Assembly: GCA_044225505.1 (NCBI GenBank)
Contig: JBGAIN010000077.1
Coordinates: 1-38,003, forward strand
Reading direction: 5' to 3'
Source of the DNA: Limisphaerales bacterium
Lineage (GTDB): Bacteria > Verrucomicrobiota > Verrucomicrobiia > Limisphaerales > SIBE01
Length of the DNA: 38,003 nucleotides
A program made the position numbers and the translations under genes. Below, piece by piece: positions 9,723 to 17,668 of this stretch. Position 1 is the stretch's first letter, and the number at the start of each line of letters is the position of its first letter. The notes under the pieces were generated by a model, which was given only the letters and a program-made list of their open reading frames with translations, was not told the origin of the DNA and did not search any database.

Positions 9723-11123
9723 ATGCAAACTCATCGCCTCGATTCTCCCCTCACCCGTCGTCAATTCTTAACCCGAAGCGCAACAGCTGCTGGTGCAGCC
9801 GCACTCGCCTTTCCCTTCGTGGGAAATGTGCTTGGCGCGAACGACAAGATCAACGTCGCGTGCATTGGTGTCGGAGGCAAAGGCGACAGCGACAGCAACG
9901 AGGTGGGACGCTGCGGTGGGAACGTGGTCGCGTTATGCGATGTGGATGAGACTTCCTTGAGCAAGAAGGCCCAAAAATATCCTGACGCCAAAAAGTATCG
10001 AGACTATCGAAAGCTTCTCGATGAAATGGGCAACGACATCGACGCGGTGACCGTATCGACTCCTGACCACAATCACGGAGTCGCGTCTCTTCGCGCCATG
10101 AAGATGGGGAAACATTGCTTTTGCCAAAAGCCGCTCACTCAAACCGTGCGTGAAGCCCGTTTGATGCGCGAACTGGCAAACGAGAAGAAGCTGGCCACCC
10201 AAATGGGCAATCAAGGGAGTGCAGAAAATGGACTTCGCCGCGCTGTCGAGGTGATTCAAGCAGGGGTGATTGGCAAGCCCTTGGAACTTCACGTGTGGTC
10301 CAATCGCCCGGTCTGGCCTCAAGGACTCAGCCGACCGGAAGGCGAAGATCCAGTGCCGGACAATCTCGACTGGGATTTGTGGCTCGGGCCGGCGGCGCGA
10401 CGGCCGTACAAGGCGAAGACTTACCACACTTTCAATTGGCGGGGATGGTACGACTTTGGCACTGGCGCTCTAGGCGACATGGCTTGCCATACGGTCAACA
10501 TGCCATTCCGCGCACTGAAGCTAGGATACCCCAACGTCATCGAATGCGAATTAGCGTCCCGGATTTACTCGGAGACATTCCCCAAGACGTCGCGCCTTCG
10601 ATTCGAATTCCCGGAACGCGACGGTTTGCCCCCGTTGAAATTCTGGTGGTATGACGGGAATCCTACAGACACCCTGAAGCCCATCCGACCGGATTCGGCC
10701 CTAACCAAGGAGATCGTCTCCCTGCTCGGCAAGCTCCCAGGAAGCGGTGCCCTGGTCGTGGGAGAAAAAGGCACTCTCTTTTCGCCAGACGACTATGGTG
10801 CGAGGTTCTACGTGCTTCTGAAGGGCGAGGAAGAGTACGTCACGGGCGATAAACACGAAGCCTGCAAAGCGGTCGAGCAGACGATCCCTCGATCCCCGGG
10901 GCATATGCAGGAATGGTTCCGCATGATGAAGGAAGGCACGCCAGCCTATTCGAATTTCGATATCGCGGCCTACCTCACGGAGATCATTTTGCTTGGCTGC
11001 ATCGCGCTGCGAGTTGGCGAAGGAACGCGTCTGGAATGGGATGGCCCGCATATGCAGGCGGTCAATGTCGCCGAGGCCGCTCGCTTTGTTTCCAGGACTA
11101 ATCGTGAGGGGTGGTCCGCTTAA
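9723..11123 (+). CDS. Tat-exported Gfo/Idh/MocA family NAD(P)-dependent oxidoreductase
   Basis: Twin-arginine leader TRRQFL, Rossmann IGVGGKG, STPDHNH, FCQKPL, LDWDLWLGPA, WRGWYDFGTGALGDMACH. Confidence 0.93.
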   Translation: MQTHRLDSPLTRRQFLTRSATAAGAAALAFPFVGNVLGANDKINVACIGVGGKGDSDSNEVGRCGGNVVALCDVDETSLSKKAQKYPDAKKYRDYRKLLDEMGNDIDAVTVSTPDHNHGVASLRAMKMGKHCFCQKPLTQTVREARLMRELANEKKLATQMGNQGSAENGLRRAVEVIQAGVIGKPLELHVWSNRPVWPQGLSRPEGEDPVPDNLDWDLWLGPAARRPYKAKTYHTFNWRGWYDFGTGALGDMACHTVNMPFRALKLGYPNVIECELASRIYSETFPKTSRLRFEFPERDGLPPLKFWWYDGNPTDTLKPIRPDSALTKEIVSLLGKLPGSGALVVGEKGTLFSPDDYGARFYVLLKGEEEYVTGDKHEACKAVEQTIPRSPGHMQEWFRMMKEGTPAYSNFDIAAYLTEIILLGCIALRVGEGTRLEWDGPHMQAVNVAEAARFVSRTNREGWSA

Positions 11124-11158
11124 GTGCTTTCCTGATTTAACGCCAAATCCGAAGCCTT

Positions 11159-12223
11159 ATGCCATACTCAGCTCGGCGACTTCTGTCGAACGCAACGGTG
11201 CCATTCTTGACCGTTGCTGTCACCACGCTCTCTGCCATGGGTCAACCCGACCCGAATTGGCTGGAGCATGATCGCGCCCGCCCGCAACCCCCGACGGTCG
11301 TTCCGGGAACTTTCAGTACCCAGGACAATCCCGGCAAACCGCCCGGCGATGCCACTGTTCTGTTTGATGGCAATGATCTCTCGGCTTGGGTTGGAATGGA
11401 TGGAAACCCCACGAAATGGATCGTACGTGATGGTTATATGGAGTGCGTCAAAGGGAGTGGGTACGTGCGCACTCTCCAGAACTTTGGAGACTGCCAATTT
11501 CACGTCGAGTGGGCCACACCAGTGCCGGCGCAGGGCACAGGGCAAGGTCGAGGCAACAGTGGGGTCTTCTTTGGCCGAGAGCAATACGAGATTCAAGTGC
11601 TCGATTCTTACCAGAACGTCACTTATGCGGACGGCTCCGCCGGATCGGTTTATGGCCAGTACAGTCCGCTCGTCAACGTGACCCGTCCTCCCGGTGAGTG
11701 GCAAGTCTATGACATTGTCTACACAGCTCCAAGGTTCGAACCTGACGGCAAGCTTTGTTCCAAGGCACGATTGACTGTTTTTCATAACGGAGTGCTCATT
11801 CAAAACAACGTGGAACTGACCGGTCCAACCTCTTGGCTGGAACGTGCCCCCTACAAGGCGCATCCGGAAAGGATGCCGATATCACTCCAGGACCACGGCA
11901 ATCCAGTCCGTTACCGAAATATCTGGGTGCGAGAACTTGGCAAACCTGGCCGGAAAGAGTTCACGCTTGCCCCAGCTTTGCTTGACCGCTACACCGGCTC
12001 CTATGAACGTGAACCGAACAACTTCGTCCAGATTAGCCGCGAAGGAAGCCAACTGGTTCTCACGATGGATCGAGTCCGATTCTCCCTGTTCGCCGAATCG
12101 CCAACGCGGTTCTACGCCAAGACCACGGACGTGCAGTGCGAATTCCAACCGGACGACCGCGGGAATGTGGACAAGGTCATTATCTCGGTTGGCGAAGGCG
12201 GGATGACGGCACGTCGGAGGTAA
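11159..12223 (+). CDS. DUF1080 (3-keto-disaccharide hydrolase/lyase family) protein with extra C-terminal DUF3471-like domain
   Basis: LFDGNDLSAW, HVEW, GNSGVF, YEIQVLDS, GEWQVYDI, LQDHGNPVRYRNIWVREL, then about 90 aa starting LAPALLDRYTGSY; signal-like N-terminus. Confidence 0.88.
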   Translation: MPYSARRLLSNATVPFLTVAVTTLSAMGQPDPNWLEHDRARPQPPTVVPGTFSTQDNPGKPPGDATVLFDGNDLSAWVGMDGNPTKWIVRDGYMECVKGSGYVRTLQNFGDCQFHVEWATPVPAQGTGQGRGNSGVFFGREQYEIQVLDSYQNVTYADGSAGSVYGQYSPLVNVTRPPGEWQVYDIVYTAPRFEPDGKLCSKARLTVFHNGVLIQNNVELTGPTSWLERAPYKAHPERMPISLQDHGNPVRYRNIWVRELGKPGRKEFTLAPALLDRYTGSYEREPNNFVQISREGSQLVLTMDRVRFSLFAESPTRFYAKTTDVQCEFQPDDRGNVDKVIISVGEGGMTARRR

Positions 12224-12257
12224 GAAACTTACTCCCTCGCTCGTTTTGATTCACTCA

Positions 12258-12291
12258 GCCTCCGGGCTTCTCGATTCAGAGTCCCGGAGGC
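12258..12291. terminator. Hairpin downstream of the DUF1080 gene
   Basis: GCCTCCGGG (12258-12266) and CCCGGAGGC (12283-12291) form a perfect 9-bp stem, 35 nt after the stop; U-tract is weak. Confidence 0.5.
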
Positions 12292-12606
12292 GTACCCATT
12301 TAAAGCGCGGAGCCTGTCTCTTTGGAATTGCGAGCCGCTTTGCCGAGGGATCGGCGATTTCCTAAGCAAGCCCCTGCCAATTCCCCTCCCGCTCTTGCCG
12401 AATTCCGCTTCCGGTGAACATTATTAGGATGAGAACGGGTCGGAATATCGCCACTAAAGGGAAAAGCTTGCTGCGGCGTCGTGCCTACAAAACAGTGCGA
12501 TATCGGCGGCGCGACATCCTGACTGCAGCACGATTAGAAGCAGACGGGAGGAGGTTGCTTGCGGTTCACTTCACCGGTAGTGTCGACGCCGCTAAAGATC
12601 AAAATC

Positions 12607-13080
12607 ATGGCCCAAACAGTCCGAAATCTGCCAGCTAGCTACCCCCAACCTTTGGGATCTCAAATCTTAAAGGCGGACGCTCAACGTCAACTCAGCATGG
12701 TCCGCCAGGAGGTCGTGACTGACCTTCTGACCTTGCTCACTTCCGTCCGCGACCCCTCCGTGCGCGAACGCCTGGTAAAACTCCTTGAAGCCCATTTAAA
12801 ATCTGGCATTAGCGCTGCCCAACGTTCGCAAGACCTTTGGCCCGAAGCCGAAGCCGTCAAGAAATTGATTGAGTCGGACGACAAGCGGAAACCAGCCGCG
12901 TCCAAGAAATTCCTGAGATTGTTCGAGCAGTATGACCGGGTTCAGCGCCGTTCTCTTGCATTATTGGAAGAGTCCTTTGGACACGCTCGAGTCATTCTGG
13001 ATAGAATTCAGCCCGTGGAGCCTGTCAGCCCGCCGCCTGCGGTGGCCCCACCTTCCGCCAAAGTTCGGAACCCGTCGTAA
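12607..13080 (+). CDS. Hypothetical protein, probably alpha-helical, with Pro-rich tail
   Basis: 157-aa ORF from ATG 12607 with an A-rich upstream stretch, protein-like composition, convergent with infA; no motif recognised. Confidence 0.6.
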   Translation: MAQTVRNLPASYPQPLGSQILKADAQRQLSMVRQEVVTDLLTLLTSVRDPSVRERLVKLLEAHLKSGISAAQRSQDLWPEAEAVKKLIESDDKRKPAASKKFLRLFEQYDRVQRRSLALLEESFGHARVILDRIQPVEPVSPPPAVAPPSAKVRNPS

Positions 13081-13116
13081 AGCCAGCACGAGAGTTGCCC
13101 TCTCCAAGCCTCAAGA

Positions 13117-13335
13117 CTAACGGAGCCGATACGTGATCCGAGCCTTGCTCAGATCGTACGGTGACATTTCCAAACGCACTCGGTCGCCGACGGTCAGGCG
13201 CACGAAGTGTTTGCGCATTCTTCCAGAGACATGAGCTAACACCTCATGCTGATTATCGAGCCTTACCCGAAACATCGTCCCGGGCAAAACACTCGAAATT
13301 GTTCCCTCAACTTCTATCGCTTGCTCACTGGCCAT
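13117..13335 (-). CDS. infA: Translation initiation factor IF-1
   Basis: 72 aa; IEVEG...[11 protein letters not shown]...[14 protein letters not shown]...[19 protein letters not shown] is the canonical IF-1 pattern. Confidence 0.98.
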   Translation of the reverse strand: MASEQAIEVEGTISSVLPGTMFRVRLDNQHEVLAHVSGRMRKHFVRLTVGDRVRLEMSPYDLSKARITYRLR

Positions 13336-13493
13336 GAGAGCTTTTAGCCTACCCTTTGTCCGTGGTCAATCGAAGCTGTAATCAGAGTAAAGCCATCCCG
13401 TGGCGGGGGTTACCGTCGACGACCGGATGGAGGAGCGTTGAATTCCTGAGCAAAAACGGGGCACCGATGAGACATCCTGGAGGGTTCCGACGC

Positions 13494-13588
13494 ATTTAAC
13501 ACGGCATTGACATGGTATTTATACGGAAATCACTCGGATTCTACCCGAGTTAAATCCGTGTTAAATCCGTGTAATCTCCCTGTTTAAG
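13494..13588. repeat. Mirror-symmetric array of eight 11-bp units (4 direct + 7-bp spacer + 4 inverted); probable operator array
   Basis: ATTTAACACGG/CATTGACATGG/TATTTATACGG/AAATCACTCGG - ATTCTAC - CCGAGTTAAAT/CCGTGTTAAAT/CCGTGTAATCT/CCCTGTTTAAG, contiguous with an exact 11-bp period. Confidence 0.8.
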
Positions 13589-13905
13589 CCGAAGGACGAG
13601 CGCAACCCGACCTTTCCGCCGGCCGTGCCAGGGCGCTGAAACTCGTGAGCTATTGCGCCGTTCAGCTTCCCAACCTGCTGATATTTAGCCACCAACAAAG
13701 GGCTTCGCTTCGTGAACGAAGATCTCAAAACCATCCTCCCCTCCAGACCAAGCTCCCTTTCCCCTTTCTTGATACCTTTTTTCGAGCAAGACTGGTGGGC
13801 CGAAAGATCTTCGACTATCTTCCCGTGCCCGTGCGTGCTGGTTCCCCGGCGGAATCCAGGCATCGCCCGAAGTTAGGAGGCAACCCGAACGCTTTAGCTG
13901 TGAGA

Positions 13906-16900
13906 ATGCCATTCGTTTCACGCCAGCGGCTTATTCAAGCCTTGGGGGGGCTATTCTTAATAACCGCGGCGGCATTTCTGACCATTCCATTTTGGATGCG
14001 TTGGCTGCTTCCGGTGGCGCTGGGCCATTTCGGGGTTTCCTTTCGCGTTTACGAATCCTTGCCTGGCCAGCGATTTGCCCTTCGGAACGTCGCCTATCAA
14101 GGGAATGGGGTCGAATTCACAGCCGACCGCGTGGAAGTTCCTCCGCCATTCGACTGGATTCGCGGCAACCGGGGCGGATCCAATCGCCTGTCGGGCATCC
14201 AAGTGGAGGGGTGGACGCTGCGAATTCCCAAGGCTCCTCTCTCGCCCTCCAAGGCCTCGTCAGCAGCGCCAGGAATCCAGAAAGCAACTCCTCAACCTTC
14301 ACTGGCGGGAAGCCTCGCCTCAGTTCAAACGAATCTCAACCTGGTGAATCGCTGGCTGCCGCGCCTCGAGATGACGAAGGGCCAAGTGATACTGCCCTCA
14401 ATCGAACTCCAACTCGACCAACTTCACTGGCAAGCCGGACTGCTTTCGCTGCAAGGGAAACCAGCGCCTTTTGCCCACACGATCGTCGTTGTCGCACAAC
14501 TCCCACGCGCGATGCCGTGGTCGGTCGGGGCGCACGTTCCAGATTGGAATTTGACGCTCACGAATCACTTGGTTCTGTCCAACTCGAACTTACAGGTCCG
14601 AGGTGAACTCGTCTGGATGACGAACCAAGTCGTGCTCGCGGCGGATTTTCCGGAGACCGGTTGGATCCCGACTCAAGCTTCCGCCGTGGCCGATTCAATC
14701 CGTATCTCGCCGGACACGCTGGGATTGGGTCGTTACCGAACGGTGGAAGGATCCGTGGATTTCCACTGGCTGGAGAATCGTTTTCGCGCTGAGCTGCACG
14801 GAACAGCGCAACCCGACGGGCCGGACCAGACGGCCCCTCCGGTCGTCTTGCGCTCCGTGGTCCACGGAGATCTAACCCTGGCGGAGATCGATGAACTGAC
14901 GCTAGAAACGCCATGGCTAAGCGCAGCGGTGACCTCAGGAACTAAGTTCGATTGGCAAGGCCATATGATCAGCAAGGCCGCGGATGTACATTTCAAAGGT
15001 CGCTTGGGGAACCAGGGTTGGATCGCGGCACGCGGGCAACTCGAGGGCACTCTGCATTTAACCTCGACCCAGGGGAAGTATCCCAATGCTGAAATTTCCT
15101 TGGCAGGCCACGAGTTGACAGCCTACGGAGTTGACCAAGGCCAACTTCATTCGGAAGCCACCCTGCGTTGGCCGTGGCTGGAAATCACGCGGACGCAGTT
15201 ACGCGCGACGAACACCTTGGCCTTGGATTTGATCGCCAGCGTGAACCTCCAATCCCGCCAGATTACAAACGCTGTCCTTCACATTGAACTGTCTGGCACC
15301 AACTCGCTGCTCCCTGGTGGAATCGGCTATGGCCAGGCGGTTCTCCACGCCGATGCCCATGGGAGTTGGCCTGCCCTGCGTCACCAAGGAACCGTCGAGA
15401 TTAAGCAACTGCAAGTGCCGAGACTTCGGGAGGTTGATTTCCAAGCAAACTGGGCTGGAGCCTCCACGACGCTGGACCAGTTCCACGGCGCCGCCGTTTC
15501 CGGCGATCGCGCCATCGTCTTAAGCGGTTCCGCACAAGTGGCCGAAGTTGAGGGATTGAAAATTGAGGAGTTTAGCTTGCTTCAATCTGGCGCGCCACGG
15601 CTCAAGCTGGAGCAGCCTTTTGCCATCTCCTTCCAAAGAGATGCCAAGGATAAGGCTGAGCCAGCGCACTGGCTCTTGCAGATTCAGCCTTGGCACTGGA
15701 ACGGTCCTGGGGGGCGTCTGTCGCTCCAGGCAGACATTGCTTGGCCGTCGCGCGGCACTCTTACCGGCGAACTTGAATCGTTCGATTGCGCCGAGGTCTT
15801 GGCTTGGCTCGAGTCACCGCCTCCCGGATTCCAGATTGACCGGTTCTCCGGCGGGGCGCATTGGAACCGCAGCCCTTGGAGCTTTGAATGCGATCTCAGA
15901 ACGCGATTGCCTGAAAAGCCACTTCTGCCAAATGCCGTCCACCTGAATGCCACTGGGAATGGAGAGGGCCTTATTCTTCGGACGATCACACTCACCGCCG
16001 CGTCGAATGCAGTTCTGTCAGCGCACGGCCGATTGCCGTTCCGCATTGAATCTATCCCCGATCAACCGCTGCTCGATTGGGTTCCGGGGCTTCCCCTGGA
16101 ACTCCACGCTGTGACAGCGCCTAACGAAGTGTTCTGGAACGAACTGGCTCACCTCGCCCATGTCGCAATTGTCGAACCTACACTCCAGCTGGATATCAGC
16201 GGCTCCCTCACAAATCTGGACGGAAAAGTCAAAGTCGCGGTGCGCCGTGTGACCCCCGTGGTTACAACGACGAAACGCGAACTGCCACGATTGGAGGATT
16301 TGACGGCTCACATTCGTCTGACGAAGGAAGCGCTCTGGCTTAGCACTCTACAGGCTTCAATAGAAAGCCAGCCCGTCAGAGCTTCGGGGAAGATCCCGCT
16401 TGGGAAGGACTATTCGGGCGGCTGGAAGAAGCTCCTTTTGTGGGAAAAAGCGACCGGCAATCTGGAAATTGCCAAGGCGGACGTGGCACCGTTTGCCCGC
16501 TTCGCACCTAAAGTCATCGGCCCTCAGGGCACGGTTAGCGCAGCGATTGACCTTCTACCAAACGTTCAATTCGGAGGTGAAGTCAAAGTTTCGGATATGG
16601 CGCTTCGTCCGATTGGCTCGATTGGAGCAATCGACAAGTTGAGGAGCACCGTTCGCTTGGCCGGACGTGAAGTGCAAGTAACGGAATCGAGCGGCCTCCT
16701 CGGAGGCCAGCCTTTCTCGCTGGCGGGCAAGCTCGATCTCGCCAATCTTCACCCGACGACCGGCCTGCCCCAGGCCGACTTCCGACTCCAAGGCGAAGGG
16801 CTGCCGTTGGCGCGCCAGCCGAATTTGATTCTGCGCGGCGATGTTGATTTGAGCTTCCTGGTGCCAACCAACGGGCGCCCATTGGTCCGCGGCACCATCC

Positions 16901-17649
16901 AACTCCACGATAGCATTTTTCTGAGTGACCTCCGAGATCTCAAGCCAGGGAAGATATCTCAACCACGCCAGCGACCGCCTTATTTTAGCGTGGATATGTA
17001 TCCTCTCTCCGACTGGGGAGTGGACGTCCGCGCCAACGGAAATCGCTTTCTGAAAGTCAGAACCCCCTTCTTCCGAGGTGAAATCTCGTCCGGGCTCAAA
17101 ATCGAAGGGACGTTGAAAGAGCCTGTGGCTCTGGGCGATGTGTCTATCAGCTCGGGCGTGGTGCAGTTTCCCTTCGCGAACCTTGACGTTAGTCAGGGGT
17201 TGATCACCTTATCGAGTGCCGACCCGTATCGGCCCGCACTCTACGTGCGGGCTGGCGCGCACGCACTCGGCTACGACGTCCGAATGGAGGTGTCCGGCAG
17301 CGCCGAGTCGCCAGTCATAGAGTTCACATCAACCCCTCCACTGAGTTCAGAACAGATCCTACTGATGTTAACCACGGGTGAATTACCCAAGCAGCAAAAC
17401 GGATTCTCGACCGAACAGCGAGCCGGTCGTTTGGCTCTGTTTCTTGGGCGCAACTTGCTTTCCGAGTTCGGGGCGGGCGCTGGCACAGCCGACCGATTGA
17501 CCATCCGATCCGGCGAATACATTTCGGATCAGGGGAAGCCGAGCTATTCGCTCGAATACAAGCTCACGGACCGATGGTCGGTCGTCGGTGAGTACGACCG
17601 CTTTGGCGCTTTCAATGCCGAGCTCAAATGGCGGCTTTTCTCCAGGTGA
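13906..17649 (+). CDS. tamB: TamB/AsmA-like translocation and assembly module protein (DUF490 C-terminus)
   Basis: N-terminal TM anchor, about 1200 aa of beta-rich sequence, C-terminal TamB-like motifs (LKIEGTLKEPVALG, VSGSAESPVIEFTSTPPLSSEQILLMLTTG, LEYKLTDRWSV); adjacent to an Omp85 gene. Start placed at ATG 13906 rather than 13645. Confidence 0.85.
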   Translation: MPFVSRQRLIQALGGLFLITAAAFLTIPFWMRWLLPVALGHFGVSFRVYESLPGQRFALRNVAYQGNGVEFTADRVEVPPPFDWIRGNRGGSNRLSGIQVEGWTLRIPKAPLSPSKASSAAPGIQKATPQPSLAGSLASVQTNLNLVNRWLPRLEMTKGQVILPSIELQLDQLHWQAGLLSLQGKPAPFAHTIVVVAQLPRAMPWSVGAHVPDWNLTLTNHLVLSNSNLQVRGELVWMTNQVVLAADFPETGWIPTQASAVADSIRISPDTLGLGRYRTVEGSVDFHWLENRFRAELHGTAQPDGPDQTAPPVVLRSVVHGDLTLAEIDELTLETPWLSAAVTSGTKFDWQGHMISKAADVHFKGRLGNQGWIAARGQLEGTLHLTSTQGKYPNAEISLAGHELTAYGVDQGQLHSEATLRWPWLEITRTQLRATNTLALDLIASVNLQSRQITNAVLHIELSGTNSLLPGGIGYGQAVLHADAHGSWPALRHQGTVEIKQLQVPRLREVDFQANWAGASTTLDQFHGAAVSGDRAIVLSGSAQVAEVEGLKIEEFSLLQSGAPRLKLEQPFAISFQRDAKDKAEPAHWLLQIQPWHWNGPGGRLSLQADIAWPSRGTLTGELESFDCAEVLAWLESPPPGFQIDRFSGGAHWNRSPWSFECDLRTRLPEKPLLPNAVHLNATGNGEGLILRTITLTAASNAVLSAHGRLPFRIESIPDQPLLDWVPGLPLELHAVTAPNEVFWNELAHLAHVAIVEPTLQLDISGSLTNLDGKVKVAVRRVTPVVTTTKRELPRLEDLTAHIRLTKEALWLSTLQASIESQPVRASGKIPLGKDYSGGWKKLLLWEKATGNLEIAKADVAPFARFAPKVIGPQGTVSAAIDLLPNVQFGGEVKVSDMALRPIGSIGAIDKLRSTVRLAGREVQVTESSGLLGGQPFSLAGKLDLANLHPTTGLPQADFRLQGEGLPLARQPNLILRGDVDLSFLVPTNGRPLVRGTIQLHDSIFLSDLRDLKPGKISQPRQRPPYFSVDMYPLSDWGVDVRANGNRFLKVRTPFFRGEISSGLKIEGTLKEPVALGDVSISSGVVQFPFANLDVSQGLITLSSADPYRPALYVRAGAHALGYDVRMEVSGSAESPVIEFTSTPPLSSEQILLMLTTGELPKQQNGFSTEQRAGRLALFLGRNLLSEFGAGAGTADRLTIRSGEYISDQGKPSYSLEYKLTDRWSVVGEYDRFGAFNAELKWRLFSR

Positions 17650-17668
17650 AGTCCATTCTACGTTAATC

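Noticed and set aside
12411..12577. 6S RNA or cobalamin riboswitch
   Set aside because: Only the terminal 8 bp pair; there is no continuous rod structure and no B12-box or other conserved riboswitch elements beyond a lone GGGAA.
13494..13588. Canonical parS site near smc
   Set aside because: Does not match the 16-bp parS palindrome TGTTNCACGTGAAACA; kept as an operator-like array instead.
13584..13608. TTAAG-N7-ACGAGCGCAACCC resembles a conserved 16S rRNA segment
   Set aside because: Only 13 contiguous nt match and the flanks are not rRNA-like; about one or two such 13-mer matches to a 1.5-kb rRNA are expected by chance in 38 kb.
13645..13905. 87-aa N-terminal extension of tamB in the ORF track
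   Set aside because: Pyrimidine-rich, non-protein-like sequence; the TM anchor begins just after ATG 13906.
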